Shown: positions 38,240 through 53,297, counted from the first letter of the stretch. The stretch: 64,000 bases of DNA from Cycas panzhihuaensis (GCA_023213395.1 CM041465.1:74159741-74223740), one strand, 5' to 3'. The notes: generated by a model from the letters alone, not told the origin. Program-made: numbers and translations.

Positions 38240-39020
38240 CATAATCCAAATATGTAAGGGAGATCCTTTAGAAGTTTATAATACAAGAATGTAATCCATT
38301 TCCAACACCTATAAAGTCTAGACTTAAGTTGAATATTAATGAGTATGGTAAACCTATCAATTCCACTTTGTATAGGCAGCTTATGGGAAAATTAACTTAC
38401 CTCATATATACTCAATCAGATATTTCATATACTATTAGGATCAAATCTAGGTTTATGACACAAGTCATGATTTCATACTAAAAAGTAACTATGTAGATCT
38501 TGAGATATCTTTAGGGTTTACTTTAGTTTGAAGTTAATTATTGCTAGGTAGACAATCCTTCTTTGATAAGTTATATAGATGTTGATTATGCTAGTTGTAA
38601 GGATAGTTTTAGATGGTCCCTTAGGCTACTACTTTAACTTGGGCTCTGCCTCTATTTCCTAGAGTTATAAAAAGTAGTCAAAGTCACCTTATCCCCCATC
38701 AAAGTAGAGTATAAAGTTGTTATCAATGTAGTTACAAAGGTTATATGACTAAGAAAGATTATTGAAGAGTTTGATATTGATTAAACATAAGTTACTTTCC
38801 TCTTTTGTGATAATCAAAGTGTCCTCAAATTAACAAAGAATCTTATATTCCATGCAAGAACAAAGTATATTAAGGTTCATTATTACTTTATTAGGGAGCA
38901 TGTTCAGTATGGTGAGATTGATCTAGTTTATAAACTGGCTGACAAACATATTATAGATATTTATATTAAAGTACTTAATTATAATAAATTTGAATGATTT
39001 TAGCATGGCCTTGATATCAA
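38240..39020 (+). pseudogene. RT C-terminus/RNase H relic of copia A, part 2
   Basis: LYRQLMGKLTYL, DVDYA, LFCDNQS, FHARTKYIKVHYYFIREHV and DIYIKVL motifs. Confidence 0.9.
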
Positions 39021-39045
39021 AATTAATAAACACATCATTAAGAGA

Positions 39046-42000
39046 TGAAGGATATAGAGGTGCAAGGCAGGACTACAACAATGAGCGCATGATGCTTGAG
39101 TTAACATAATCATCTAAATCAACGGCAGTGTTAAAAAATACGAGGGAGGTATTCCCACCCATTTATAGAAATTTTAGAGAGATAATAAGCTCCTCAACCT
39201 AACTTGCATGTTATCTAAGTATATTCAAAATAATATTAAAAATATAATGAAAAAATATAAACACATATCTTAAGAGAAGTGGGTTAGCATTTAGAGGCTC
39301 TAGGTGTCTCAGTGTGTGGCTTTAGGTGCCCTAGGGGGCCCCAAAGGTGGCTTTGAGGGGCCCTAGGTGCACATCTACTTAGGAACATTAGGGGTTATCC
39401 TAACATTCTCCCACATAATATTCAATATGAACGACTCCTAAACTTTCTCTAAATTTTTAGAATTTGACTTTTCGTAGAGCCTTTGTAAATATATCTGCTG
39501 TCTAGTCTTCAATACTGCAATAGGCCAATTCAATTTCTTCTGCTTTTACTAGTTCTTAAATGAAATGGTGTTGAGTCTCGATGTGTTTCATTCTACCATG
39601 GAAGACTGGATTCTTTGTCATTTGAATGGTGCTCTAATTATTGCACCAAATTATGGTGGGATCTTACTATTTAAGCTAGAAATCCTATAATAGTCTCCTC
39701 AACCAAACTAACTTACATGCACCTGCTACTACTAATTTATATTCTACCTTGGGTGTAGATAAGGAAACTGTATTTTACTTCTTTATAATCCATGCTATTG
39801 TTGTTGATCCCATACTGAATATATAACCTTTTGTGGATTTTCTATTATCAACATCTCTTACCTAATACAAATATGTATAGCCAATCAACTAAAAATTTAG
39901 GGAAGCTTTGTAGGATAGCCTATAATCTAGAGTTCCTTTGAGATATTAAAAGATTCTCTTAATTACTTACTAGTGAGAGGTCTTTGGATATTGCATGGAC
40001 CTAGATACAACACTAACTAAGTGTGTTATATTTGGTTGAGTAGACATCAAATATATCAAACTACCAATAGGCTATCCGTAGAGTGTTGGATCAACTGAAG
40101 TAGAGTCATATGTCTTGGAGAGTTTGATTTCTGTTTCATTTGGGGTTTCCAATGGTTTACTAGCTATTATTTTAAACTTTTGTAGTAGGTCCAAGGCGTA
40201 TTTATGTTGGGAGATGAAAATTCCCTTCTTGTCTTACCAAACTTCCAATCCTAGGAAGTAATGCATAAGTCCCAAATTTGTTATCTCAAATTCTTTACAC
40301 ATAACATCTTTGAATTGATACAAGAGATAGGAGTCATTTAGAGTATATATATAAGTTTGTCCATATAAAGACCTCCAATTAGGATTGAACTTCCCTTGAT
40401 TTGGATAAATAAGATACGGTCTGCTTGAAATCTTTCAAACCCTTGATCTCTGGAATATTTATCTATGTAGGAATACCAAACCCTAGGTGCTTGATTTAGA
40501 CTATAAAGTGTTTTTTCTAGTTTATATACTTTGTTCTCTTCCCTCCTGATTTTAAAACTAAGGGGTTGACTGACATAGATGTCTTTCTTGATGTAGCTAT
40601 TTATGAAGGCACCTTTGACATCCATTTGGTAAACTTTCCAACCTATTTAGGCTGTTAGGCTCATCATCATTCTAATGGGTTCCATCCGAGCAACAGGGGT
40701 GAAGGTTTTAATATAGTCTATACCTTCCTTTTGAGCATATCCCTTTGCAATCAATCTAGCCTTATACTTATCAATGGATCCATCTGAGAAAAAATTGGTC
40801 TTATAGACCTATTTTGTACTAATAGTCTTTTTCTTTGGTGGTAAATCAACTAGTTCCCATGTGTCATTCTTAACAATGGAGTTGTATTTATCTTCCATAG
40901 ATTTTTGCCAACATTCATATCGATTGGCCTCAATAAAGGTTCGAGGCTCATGAGTCTTTAATACCTTACTTATTAGGGGAAAATTAACCCTATGTGAGTA
41001 CATGGATCTTTGAGTATTATCCAAGATATTGCCCAAGTTATGATTTCTATGAACTTATTTTGGTAGGTTTTATGGTGGAGGATGAGATAAAGTTCCCTCC
41101 TCACTATGTTCATTGATGTTTATCCTAGCATCAAATATAGGAGGAACATATTTGGTTTTAGAAGATATATCAAACTTTATTACAACCTCCTTTTTCTTTT
41201 TTTAATTATCTTAATAGTAGGTATCTTACTGAAACTTAACATCCCTGCTTAATATAACTTTTCTCGATTTGGGGTCATATACATTGTATGGATTAAAAAT
41301 TTTACTATATCTAAGGAAAATACATTTGACACTATGATTATCTAATTTTGATCTTTGTTGACCAGGAATGTGAGCATAGGCAATATATCCAAATAGTCTA
41401 AGATGATGTATGTTTGGTTTATAAATAGTCTAAGCTTCTTCTAGAGTTTTCCACTTAAGAGCTTTGGTAGAGTACCTATTAAGTAAATAAATAGTTGTGT
41501 GGATTGCTTCAGCCTAAAACTCATGGCCCAAATTTTTGTCCTTAAGCATACACCAAGAAATTCTGACAATAGTATAATATTTTCTCTCCGCTATACCAAT
41601 TTGTTGTGGGGTGTAGGGGTTAGTGAACTGTCTTCTAATTCCATGGTGTATATAACAGTCTTTGAATGTATTGGAGGTAAACTCTCCCCTATTATCCAAT
41701 CTTAGGGATAGAAGTTTGTATCCACTTTATTTCTCCACAAAGGTTTTGAAGTCAACAAAGTGTTGGAAGGCATCTAATTTATATTTAAGGAAGAACACCC
41801 ATGTCTTCCTTGTGAAGTCATCTATGAATGTGATAAAGTATTTTATACCTACTAGTGAAGGAGTGGTTATAGGTCCATAAATATTTATGTATACCAATTG
41901 GAGGACCCGATGCTCAATGACTATAATTTAGAAAGATTTCCCTATGGTGTTTACTAAGAAGACACCCTTTGTATAAGTTTTTATTTACATCAATATGTGG

Positions 42001-45000
42001 TAAACCATTGACTATATCCATCTATTTTATAAGGGCCAAACTATTATAATTGAGATAATCAAACCTTCTATGCCATAACTCACTATCCAAGTTAGATGAA
42101 GTTCTTAGAGCACATGTATCTGAAGGAGTAAGTATAAGTTTGAATAAGTAATCCTTGATCATTTTCCCTTTGGCAACAATAGCTTTATTTCTCTTTTTAT
42201 CTTTTATTACACACTCACTATTGTCAAAAATGACTTTGTAATCCTGTCCCATTATCTTACCTACTAATAGTAAGTTTTTCCTTAGAGCTGGGACATACAA
42301 GATATCATCTAGATGTCTATATTCTCTTATATCCATCATCAAGGCTATATTACCTCTACCAACTAATTCATAGGAGGTATTATCTCTAAACATAATGGAC
42401 ACTTTCCTATTTTTATCTAAAGTATAAAACAAGTGTTCTTTATATGTCATATGAGTTAAACATCCTGAATCAATATACCAACTATCATCTTCTTCTTCCT
42501 TAGCAGTGAAACTAGATAAAAATAATTGTTATTGTCCTTTGACTTAGATGTATTATGGGCATGTCTTCTAGTGGGTGTTCCATGCTTTGAGAAATATTTA
42601 TCTTCATTATAATCACTTCTATAGTAATATGTAAAATATAAAGGATCTCTTCTTCCATAGCTTAAGCTCCTGCTTCTTGGATGAGATCGATCAATATTGG
42701 AGCATCTCCCCCTTTCCTCATAAGGTTGAGGAGGGTTATCTCTTAGTCTATTATCATAGTATTCTTGATTGGACCTTGAGGATTGATGGTTGTCTTGACA
42801 ATTTGGATAACAAGTATGACTTTCAAACTGTCTCCTTTAGTTTGTATACCTAAAAGGGTTCTTATTCTATTAGTGTCCTTCTTGCCTCCTTTGATGAGGG
42901 GCTTGATATTTTGAAGGATCTTACCTAGCTTCCCTTCTAGGGTTCCTAGCCCTTCTTCTTTGAGGTGATTCTTTGGACCTTGAAGTTTCTACTTGAGAAT
43001 TGGATTGGATAGGAGACTTTATGGCAAAGGCATGTTCAAGTGACTCATTGGAACTTTGTTGTTCTTCTATTAATATGAGTATAGCACTAACATATTCCAC
43101 TTTTCATGTGCTTAGATCTTTTGAGACACTTTTACTAGTGGCAACCATTTCAAAAGGTTTAACTGCACCAATATATCTTAGGATCCGTTCAACTACCCTT
43201 TATTCTGTTAGGGTATCTCCAAGAGACTTCATTTGATTCACTATGTCTTGTACTTTGTCATGAATTCTGTTACAGATTCAGTGGGTAACATGCACAAGTT
43301 TTTAAACTTACTTCTAAGATTTTGAAGTTTGGAAGAGGCTACTCCTTCATATATTAACTGTAGTATATCCCAAGATTCTTTTAATTTGACAAACTTGCTA
43401 ACATGAGGGAATACATGATCTTCAAGTACACAAAAGATAAGTGGCAAGGCTTCATTATCCTTCTTAACATTTTCTTTGTAGGTGGCTTTCTCCAGATCAG
43501 TTAGATTTTAACCTACTTCATTGTATCATGTTTTTACAATCTCCCATATTTCATTAGCTATGAGGATGGGTCTCATCCTCCTACTCCAATTTAAGAAATT
43601 ATTCCCATTAAATTTTGGAATGATCATGTTACCAAAACTTGAGGCCATGTTGAACTAAGGTTTTTTTTAAACACAGATAAAATAATAATGAAGTTGACAA
43701 GTATTTTAAATTTAAATTTTAAAAGAAAATTAAATTTAAAGTTTGAAAGTATTTTGAATTTGAAATTTAAACTAATTTTAAATGACCCAAGTTTTACTCA
43801 AATTTAAAAAAATGAATTAGTATATAATAAGGCAACTAGGCTCTAAATTTAGGGTTCTCCTAGGGAAACCTGTAGTTACTATCCTATTTAGTGGAACCTA
43901 CCTATAGATGGCAAAATAGAGATCTAATATACTGGTACGTGAGCTCAAGGCTTGATATACCTCAGTACACGAGCTACTAAGAAGGCTTTTACACCCCCAT
44001 GAATTGTGGACCCACTTACTCTAGACTTATACATAGCAACAGATCTAGCAGTGAAAGTTACTTAAACCAAGGTACTCACCTTCTCTAGGTCTAGCCTTGA
44101 TATCTAAACACCAAATAAGAAAAAGGTTCTGCACCTCAGCCTTCCACTGAATACACCTGATAGCTATTGAATATCCTCATCCATTATGAGTAGGCCAATT
44201 AGTGTGTGCGAGGTGGTAACTTTAGGGGTCCTAATAGTTCCCCTTACAAGGCTGGAAAAATGAGGTTATTTAATTTGAGATTTATCTTTTTAATGTAAAA
44301 ATAAATTAATCAATGCTTGTGGTCTTACTTAGGGTTTTGAAAGGTTCATTTTATATAATAGAAAAAAAAAACTTAAAAGGAAGGACAATATCCATTAAGC
44401 AAGAATGAATAAATGATATAATAAAAATTTTAAAAGAATATAAACAATAACCTTTCTTAATAACCAAAATGAATACCAATATGAAAGCTAATGTCTTTCA
44501 AATTAAAATACTCTTTGAAAATAAAGTATACAAGAAACTATATGCACCTTCTATAAGTAAAGCAATGAATCAATGAAGCTTTCAATATTTGAATGCCCTT
44601 AAATCAATAATGTTAAATAAACCTTTGATGCATAAAATGAATAAGAAAAGACTTGTAACTATGCCTTTGCTATGCACTCTTCAAGCTTTAAAAAAATATG
44701 ACTCTAGGATAAATAAGAAAGCCTCTTTGACTAATGAACCAATGAACTTTAAGATGTATGAAGATTATTGCAAACATTCTTTGGAATAATATGAATGAAA
44801 TGACAAGAAGCTCCTTTATACGTTTATAAGCAAACTAGGTATAACCTTTCTTATAAATCAAATAAGGTTTTAACCATGCAAATTGGAAATATAACTGCCC
44901 TTAATGATAAAAATATAGAAAATCAATGAGATACTTTAACTAAGCTTGAATTTTAAAAAATAAAGGGTAGCTTGAGCAAAAGGAATGATCTTTATGAATG

Positions 45001-46402
45001 CAAAAAATGAGCAGTTATTCCTTTGAAAATACTAAAAAGTAAGAAATTGAAGTGTAACTTTTACTTTTGATGATTGAAATGCTTAAAAGTGACAAGTTTC
45101 TTATAGAAAATGAACAACTAGAATACAAAAAGTACCTGTTTGATTGAATAACTCCTCTTAGTTTGAAGTATTAAAGAATTAGCTTCTTGTTATAAGAAAA
45201 GAACTTAAAAATATAAACAAGAAATAATAAAAGCTTCAAGAATAAGCTATTAGTAATCAATAAATCAGATGTAACCTTTTGAGATCATGTAATTTATAAA
45301 AGGTTATAGAATGATACCGATAAGGATTGAATAAAGAGACAAAAATAACTTGCTTCAAATACCTACTAAATGAGCTCACAATTAAGTGAAATCTATCTTA
45401 AACTAAAGAATATCAAATTTACTTTATGACAGATTTAACTATTTAGAAAACTAACTTTTGTAGCTCAAGATTTTAAAAAATAAGTGCAAGGACCTCTTTT
45501 TGGGCTTAAATAGGAGCTATAAGATGAAAATGTTATAAAAACATATTATAACCTTATAAAAGATATAAAAAAGGCTTACTTACTAATAGAAGACCTTTTA
45601 ATATGATTTATTTCAAAAAAACTTGAAGGAAACGCTTTAAAAAATGTTAATTAGTTAGCAACTAGGCTTAATTTAATACCTTAACCTTAACAGCCTATAA
45701 TATCTACAAGAAAACTTCAAATCACTTAAAAGATTATATTAGTATGAATAGAGCTGAATCAACTTTCCAACAATGCTAATGGATTAAAAATGGATACCAA
45801 ACAAAAAAGATATAGTAAAATTAGTAACGTGACCTTTTTATATTTAATAAACGAGAAACTAAAAATTGAGGTGACTTTAAATCATTAAAAACTAGCCAAA
45901 ACATATCCAAAACTAGAAAATGACTAGTTTACAGTATAGCTCATGAAGTTATGGTTGCAATGGGACTAGTTTTGTTAAAATCTGGTACTCTAATAAGAAG
46001 TTATGAAAGAAAATGTCCTAGCTACCCCTTTGGAATAAAATAAATTAAAAAAATAAAATAAAGTAAAGGAAAAGGTTTTATAAAGTTGATTGGCCCCTTT
46101 GCAAAATGCTTTAGGTCACATGGAGGGGCACGAGTCTAGGGGCTAAAGCTTGTAGGGGGCTAGGCTCTTAACAAACAATTTGAAACTTTATTAAAACTAA
46201 TTAAATTTTTAATAACCTTTGTTAATAATACAAATCAAAATATTATAAAGTCAAAAAACTGATGGAGAACGACGACCTATGTAGGTATCTTCGAAGGTTA
46301 AATAACTAAGAAAACCTGATCGAATCGATTAATCTATAGATGCAAGGAGGGAGCAAGGTGATCCACCACATCTTCTTAAGAACATTAGGGGTTATCCCAA
46401 CA
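39046..46402 (-). mobile_element. Ty1/copia element E inserted into A's polypurine tract; 5' LTR mostly missing
   Basis: TSD AGAGA (39041-39045, 46403-46407); 3' LTR 39046-39405; only about 36 terminal bp of the other LTR (about 46366-46402); gag ATG at 43648 (MASSFGNMIIPKFNG); ORF fragments 43241.., 42022.., 41514.., 40809.., 40338..; same lineage as C. Confidence 0.9.
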
Positions 46403-46410
46403 AGAGAGGG

Positions 46411-46885
46411 TGACAAAAGAATTACTAATATATTCATTAATTCAACAATAATTATGTATAAATACATTATTATTTTATAAATATAAAGTTATGCTAGTTA
46501 TTTTATCAACTTAATATGATAAAATATATTATCAATGTATTTTAGTTAAGTTAGTGGTTAGCCATGACTTATAGTTGTGAGCCTAATGCTCATGGAGTCC
46601 TAAATGCACACATCACATTATAACACATATGTAATGTTGATCATACAAGGTTCAACTAGTCACCTTGTATGATTAACTCTTCACATATCCCCTTAGCTCT
46701 CTCATAACTATTCATTTTTGTATATATGTAAGATAATAACTTATGCAATGCATAATGAATATATGAATTTTAAGATAGATTGATTTTGGAGGCTGAAATA
46801 ATTTGACCTCATCTTTTGTGCATCTTGATATTCTCCTTATGTTGTAGATCTTGGATGGAAGGTGGCTTTAATGCCTTTCCCTTCA
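46411..46885 (+). repeat. 3' LTR of copia A
   Basis: TGAC..CTTCA, homologous to 13636-14179, preceded by AGAGAGGG. Confidence 0.9.
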
Positions 46886-46902
46886 AAATAAAACATACTT
46901 AC

Positions 46903-46990
46903 TTTGACCTCCTTATCTTTTTTTGTATCTTTCTATTCTCCTTATGTTGTAGATCCTACGTGTAAGGTGGATTTAATGCCTCTTCCTTTA
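46903..46990 (+). repeat. Second copy of the terminal ~85 bp of A's LTR
   Basis: TTTGACCTC..TATTCTCCTTATGTTGTAGATC..AAGGTGG.TTTAATGCCT repeated immediately downstream of the LTR end. Confidence 0.85.
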
Positions 46991-48092
46991 AAATATAATA
47001 ACAAAGTTATTAGGTAAAATTAGACTACCTTTCTTCAAAATTTTATCTCCTTTATGGAGCATAACTTTCCCAAGTATTCCTTGCACAATAGTAGTTTAGT
47101 AAATAAAAGGGCATAAGATAATATTTTAGAACATCCAACTTTATCATAAAAGAGCAAACAAAATACATAAATAAACATAAATTTGAATACTAAATATGCA
47201 ATTAAATTATATAATAGTATGATCTCTTGATATTATTTCAACATAATAAATCATGCATATTTCCTCGGCTATAAATAACCAATGATAACTACTTTATATA
47301 AAATCTTATTAAAGTAAGAAGTAGCATGTAATCTTATTGACATGCTAAATAACTCACACACAAAAGTTAATGGCCAACACTAACCATTAAGTTGCTTGAT
47401 CACATGTGCCAACAATCACTCTCTATGGTTAGCAAGAAATTATATAATAGGTCATTTTTCTTAAGATGTTGAGTCCATAAAGTGACAAAAATGTGGATAT
47501 TGATTAACAAACTCTACTGATTCCCATGTTGCCTCTTTTAGATTGCAACCAACCCACTATACTAAATACCAAGAGATAGTCTGATTACATAAATAACACT
47601 GCCTTATAGTCAAGATATGATCTAGCATGACCTTAAGGACTAATTCTTCATTTAGAATAGGTAGCGTAGTATGGGGAAAAACCTTTATGCTAAGATAATT
47701 TTTCAAATAGGAGATATGAAAAGTATTACATATTTTTGTATTAAGTAGGACCTCAAGGTCATAGGTGACTTGTCCAATTCTTTGAAGGAATTTGTAAGCA
47801 TCATAGTAGTGGGGGCTAAGCTTACATTTTTTATTATTATAGAGAGGTTTCTACTTGTATGGTTGAAGTCAAAGGAACACCATATCACCTATTATAAACT
47901 CCTAGTTAGAATGATGGTGGTCGGCCAAATATTGCATGTGATTTTGGGTCGAAATTAGGTTTTTCTTAAGGGTATATTAGATTTGATCTATATCTTCTAA
48001 TTTTTGCTAGATAATGGTTATTCAAAGATTGGTTGCTAGGGTGTGACGGAAAGGTGGGGGTAACCATATAAATCTATAAAAAGGGACATACT

Positions 48093-51000
48093 TGTTAGTG
48101 ATAGTTAACTTAGGTTAACTATACACTTAATGCTTCATTAGGGGATAGTTATCACGAGTAGGTGTGATGGAGGTATGCATCCTTATATGAACATGTATAA
48201 TAAAAAGCTATGTCTATACACAAGGGGTTAGGACATAATTTTGAGGTATACTTATATGTACCCCTTGGTTATTCCAATTAATCAAACTCGGATTGATGTG
48301 ATCTCATTATATCTTCTCATATTCCATCTCACCATTGAACATTATATTTTATTTTAATATTTTAATATAATAAATATTATATTAGTGGGTTTTCTCTCTC
48401 AAGAGTTTTCCATGATAAATCTAGTGTTTGAGTCTCCTTGTGTATGTTCCTAACATATAATAATCCCTTCCTTCGGTCAGCTTAACAACTAACCTACAAC
48501 CTACATATACATAAACCTATATATGGTATTAAAGCTTGAGGAAGTAAGGAACGATATTAGAACTCAGATATGAGATTGGAAATGAGTGAGTTTATCACTG
48601 ACTAAATAAATTTGAAGATTGGAGATCCATAGATCAGGTTGGAACTAAGAAAAGAGGGCATCCAAAGTTACAAAATGCATTAGACACCTCATATATTTGT
48701 GGAACCAATAGTGGAAACTGTATAATGAAGTTGGGCATCAATGGAAGTCATACAATAATATTGGGCTCAGATTAGGATCATAAAAGTAGTACTAGGTGAG
48801 TTTGAGGAAATATTTTTGCTTGTGTAACTTTGTTTAGAAGTAATAATCACTAATAGAAGCCTACAAATAATCAAAATTGATATCAATTAGATTAGAAGTT
48901 ATTTGGATAATTTAAAATAACTAATTAGAGCCCTACATAGCTTGAGTGCCTCATGCGATAGTTGTGACTCTTTTGAATAACACATCGATCAAAATCTAAA
49001 ATGTTTTAATATATTCTATTAAATACTAAAGTCTTATAGTGCTTAATGCCAAATATTATTGTTATTTTACTATCCTCATATGAATTAAATCACATGAAGA
49101 ACCATCAGAGCAAATAATATAGTTCAAGAGACATTACCATTTGATTTTTCTATGTGAGAAAGTAGAGACTAAATATATCAATCTAACATTTAAATTTGAT
49201 GCAAATCGATAAATCATGATACATGACCAACTGCTATTTTTTATTTGTGTTAAAATTAATATTGTATTTAATAATTCAATCCATACAGGCTGCCTAGTTT
49301 TTACAGATGCATCAATTTAGTTGATTGATTAATATATACCTTATTTAATATATATTTTGATCAATAAAATATTTGCACATAGTGAAATATTAATTGCATG
49401 GAAATTTTGGTGATGCTATTAAAAAGGAGAATATTTTATTAAATATTCTAAATATAATATTTGGCTTAAAAACTTTAGATTAAAATATTTTCAAAGTAAT
49501 TTATTTCATTTTAATGTGCTTTTATATTTATTTAGAGTAATTTTATTTAGGATTTGACCTAATAACACGCAACATCCATACATAGAGTATACTGCTTTTA
49601 TCAAGGAGTTTATTATGCTAAAAGGTATTTTTCTAATACATTTATTTCCTTAATTAATATTAAAAGGGCATATTATTTGTAAAGAATGTATCATACATAA
49701 ATCAAAATCTTAGTGCGGTGATATATGGAGTAGTGATTTAGGCTTTTTGAAATGTTAAACGATAGACACTAAGACTTATAATTATGTTTGGCAATTAAGT
49801 ACGAGTAAACTCAGAGTATCTATAGACATGGATGCTAGAACAACTTTATTGTCAGAAGTGATCTTTGTTAGCACCAATTTTGAGGAGTGGAAATTTGAGA
49901 TAGAGCTCATATTGATAGTCTAGGAACTTTATGACCTCACCTATGAGGCTCCACCTAAGAAAAAGAAAGGGGAACATGACGTTGAACTAGATAAACTCAT
50001 ATAGAGAAAGTAGCTTTATGCCACTAGTATATTGAAACTCTTATTTGCCCTAGATTAGAGGGCACTCATCTATAAGTTGAATATGCCACATGACATTTGG
50101 AAGACTCTATGTGATATATTTGAATAGAAGAAGACAAACTATTTGGTCATCTTACTAGGTGAATTGTTCAACTCCTGTATTAAGGATGAGAGCAACATTA
50201 GCACCTATTTGAATAAGTTGACTAATATGAGGAATAAACTAGACAAAATAAAAGAACACTTGATTAATAATAAAATTTTATTCGTAATCATCATGAACAA
50301 TTTGATAGCAACTTATAACACCTTTCAGACTGTGTATAATATTGGCAAGATGTTACAAGATATCTTATTTTAGAACCTAAAGGAGTTACTTCTTATAGAG
50401 GAATCTAAGCTTAAATATCATGGGTTTCTGGGTTCTACTAATACTAGTCTTGCCCTATCCTCAAAAGTTTAGAAGAATGAGGATGAAGATAGGGATAAAT
50501 ATTCATATAAAGAGGGTACTAATAAAGGGGAGAAAAAGAAATATAATGGTTCATATACCTATTATAAAAAGATGGGCCATAGGGAAAATAACTACTAGGT
50601 GAGGAAAAACAACTTAAGGTAGGTTGATAGAAAGGAGAAAATTGTAGCTTATTATGTGCGAGTATCAACTAACTCAGATTCATAATAATATCTCTCTCTT
50701 AGAAAGTAGATTTTTGATGTGTTAAACCAAAATTTGGGCTAGACAAATGCCATACTCCATAATGCTAATGTGGTATTAGTTAAAAATACTAAAACAATCA
50801 TAGTGAAAGGTGGTTGTCTCAAGAAGGTATGGTATACACCTATAAGGAATCATAATATTCTTTCTACTTAGAATACCTAGGTATACTCTCTAAAAGATAA
50901 GTTAGAAGTGAAACAATTTAAAGTGATAGCTAAAAAGTAATGTAAAAATAAAATAAAATTATTAAGGAGTAATAGTGAGAAAGCTAATAACAATCATATT

Positions 51001-52677
51001 TTAAAGTTTTATTCTAATTATGGTATCGAGTTAATACCATATAATGGAGTTGCCATATGAAATATTAATACCTTGATTAACATGATGTTCTATAGGGTAC
51101 AAACACAATATATCCCATTCAATTTTAGGATAGAAGTTGTGACAACTAATATTCACATTGTGAACTAGATTCTAACCTCTACAGTTCAAAGTGTGATGCC
51201 ACATAAAAGATGGACCGGTCAAAAGCCTTATATTAAAAAAATATTTAGGTGTATTATAAATGTATTAATATCTAATAGTCATATATATAGACCACAGGAT
51301 CTAGTGATGCAGAAGTTTCTTCATTATTAGGATATAAAGATTAATAAAGCATCAACATAATAATTTAATATGAATTTGCTATCAGATGTTTGTTAGCCCC
51401 CCTTCATAACATCTCCTAATCCTACAAAGATCAAGCTCCAAGAGGGAGATGAAGCAAAAGGTATTAAAAAATACTAGTTACTCATTGAGGAGGCAACAAC
51501 CTCCTTTATGTCATTATTGGGCATAACTATGGATGTAATAAAAAGGCTAATTAAAACTCAAACTACAAGTCAACTTCAAATGATAAAAGTCATTCATTTC
51601 AACATTATTAATCATTATGTCAAATGAATCCTTCTTGGAGAGCAACTATGGAGGAGGATAAAGATTCTTTACATAAAAATATTCCTTCCATTCAAATTGA
51701 CCTTAAGACAATGATTGCACATGTTGATTATAACCTAGTAAATAGGTCAAAGATAACAACTATACTTAATGGAGAGCTATATTAAAATAATATTCAATCT
51801 GTAATTCTTAAGCTAGACTTGAGGAGATTATATTAGGTGTAAAACTTTGAGGTCATTAAGGAAGGACAAGATAAGTTATTATGTCGATTAAATCATGCTA
51901 ATGGTATATACCCTATGTTCGATTTAGACTCGTCATTAATTAATGAAATATTCTGACCTATGGAAGAAGATCTTTGTTTAGGAGAAGACTACCTACAAGA
52001 TCAAATATCTACATTAGAAGCGAGATAATGATTAATTATTCAAGAGGTATTTAATAAAATCAAACTTCAAGTAGAATCTTCTTTAGCCACTAATTAGGTT
52101 ATGAATTGATTTATGGAGCAGCTAGATAAATGTCACCAGTTAACACTTAGTAAGATCATCCTTAAAGGGGAATCAATCTATAAGGATAGATCTCCTAATT
52201 AATAGAGCAATTAATTTTGCTTCATCCTCTATTTACATTAAGGGGGGATGTTAGTGATAGTTAACTTAGGTTAACTATATACTTAATGCTTTATTACGGG
52301 ATAGTTATCATGAACAGGTATGACAAAGGCATGAATCCTTGTATGAACATGTATGATGAAGAGTTGTATCCATATGTGAAGGGTTATAATACTATTTTAG
52401 GGTATATTTATATGTACCCCCTTTCTATTCGAATCAATCAACTTAGATCAATCTAATCTCATTATATCTACTTGTATTCTATCTCACCATTGAACACTTT
52501 ATATTGTCGTAATATTTTAATATAATAAACATTATATTGGTGGGTTTTATCTCTTAGAAGTTTCTCATAATAAATTAGGTGTATGATTCTCTTTATGAAT
52601 ATTCTTGGCGTGTAACAATCCTACCTCTAGTTGGCTTAATAATTGACTTACAACTTGTATATACACAAAACTTTACA
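48093..52677 (+). mobile_element. Internally deleted Ty1/copia element F (4585 bp)
   Basis: LTRs 48093-48523 and 52249-52677; TSD ATACT; PBS TGGTATTAAAGC at 48524-48535; PPT AAGGGGGGA at 52240-52248; gag relic from about 49828 (ORF 50143..50373); only scraps of integrase and RT. Confidence 0.93.
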
Positions 52678-53297
52678 ATACTAATGGCTGAGTGGTAGGA
52701 GAAGGTATACTAGTACTTAACAAGTTCAAGCTAGGATGACTATTAACTTTGTGTTATAAGGTAAAGTAATAGAGATATGTTTCTAAAGTTTTATTGAAAA
52801 CCTTAGATTACTTATTGATTTGAGGATGATAATTCAAGCTCATATCAAATAAGATGGCCAAGGTATGAACAAGTTCTTACCAGAATGAGCTAGTGAATTT
52901 AAGATCTTAGTCATATACAATTATTGAAAGGAATCCATAGAGGTAGAAAATAGATTGAATGTATGTTTTGGTAAGCTAAATAATCTTATAGGAGGTGTGT
53001 TTTGGTAGAAAATAAATATAGTTTATTAGCCTATCTATAATGACCTAGATGTAGTTGAATATAATAGATAATATAAGGCTCATGATAATGTCCATTACAA
53101 CATCTTTTTATTTATCATAAAAAATATGTAAGGATTTAAGCAACCCCAATCGGGCCCTTGTATTGATTTTGTTTCACTAGTATATGAATCATTTTATCAC
53201 AAATGTAGGAATTATTATTTTCATACATGACTAATAAAAATTAAAGTGAATACAGTGCTAGGTTTTATCAAAACTTGAGTGATTATTGAGAGGGGAG

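Larger units (their letters stand above)
13636..46885 (+). mobile_element. Ty1/copia element A (outer host of the main nest)
   Basis: Homologous LTRs 13636-14179 and 46411-46885 (TG..CA); degenerate iMet PBS TTGTATCAAAGC at 14182-14193; gag-pol relic about 19969-23387 resuming at 38240-39020; PPT split by element E. TSD not cleanly recoverable (GGTAA vs AAATA). Confidence 0.85.
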
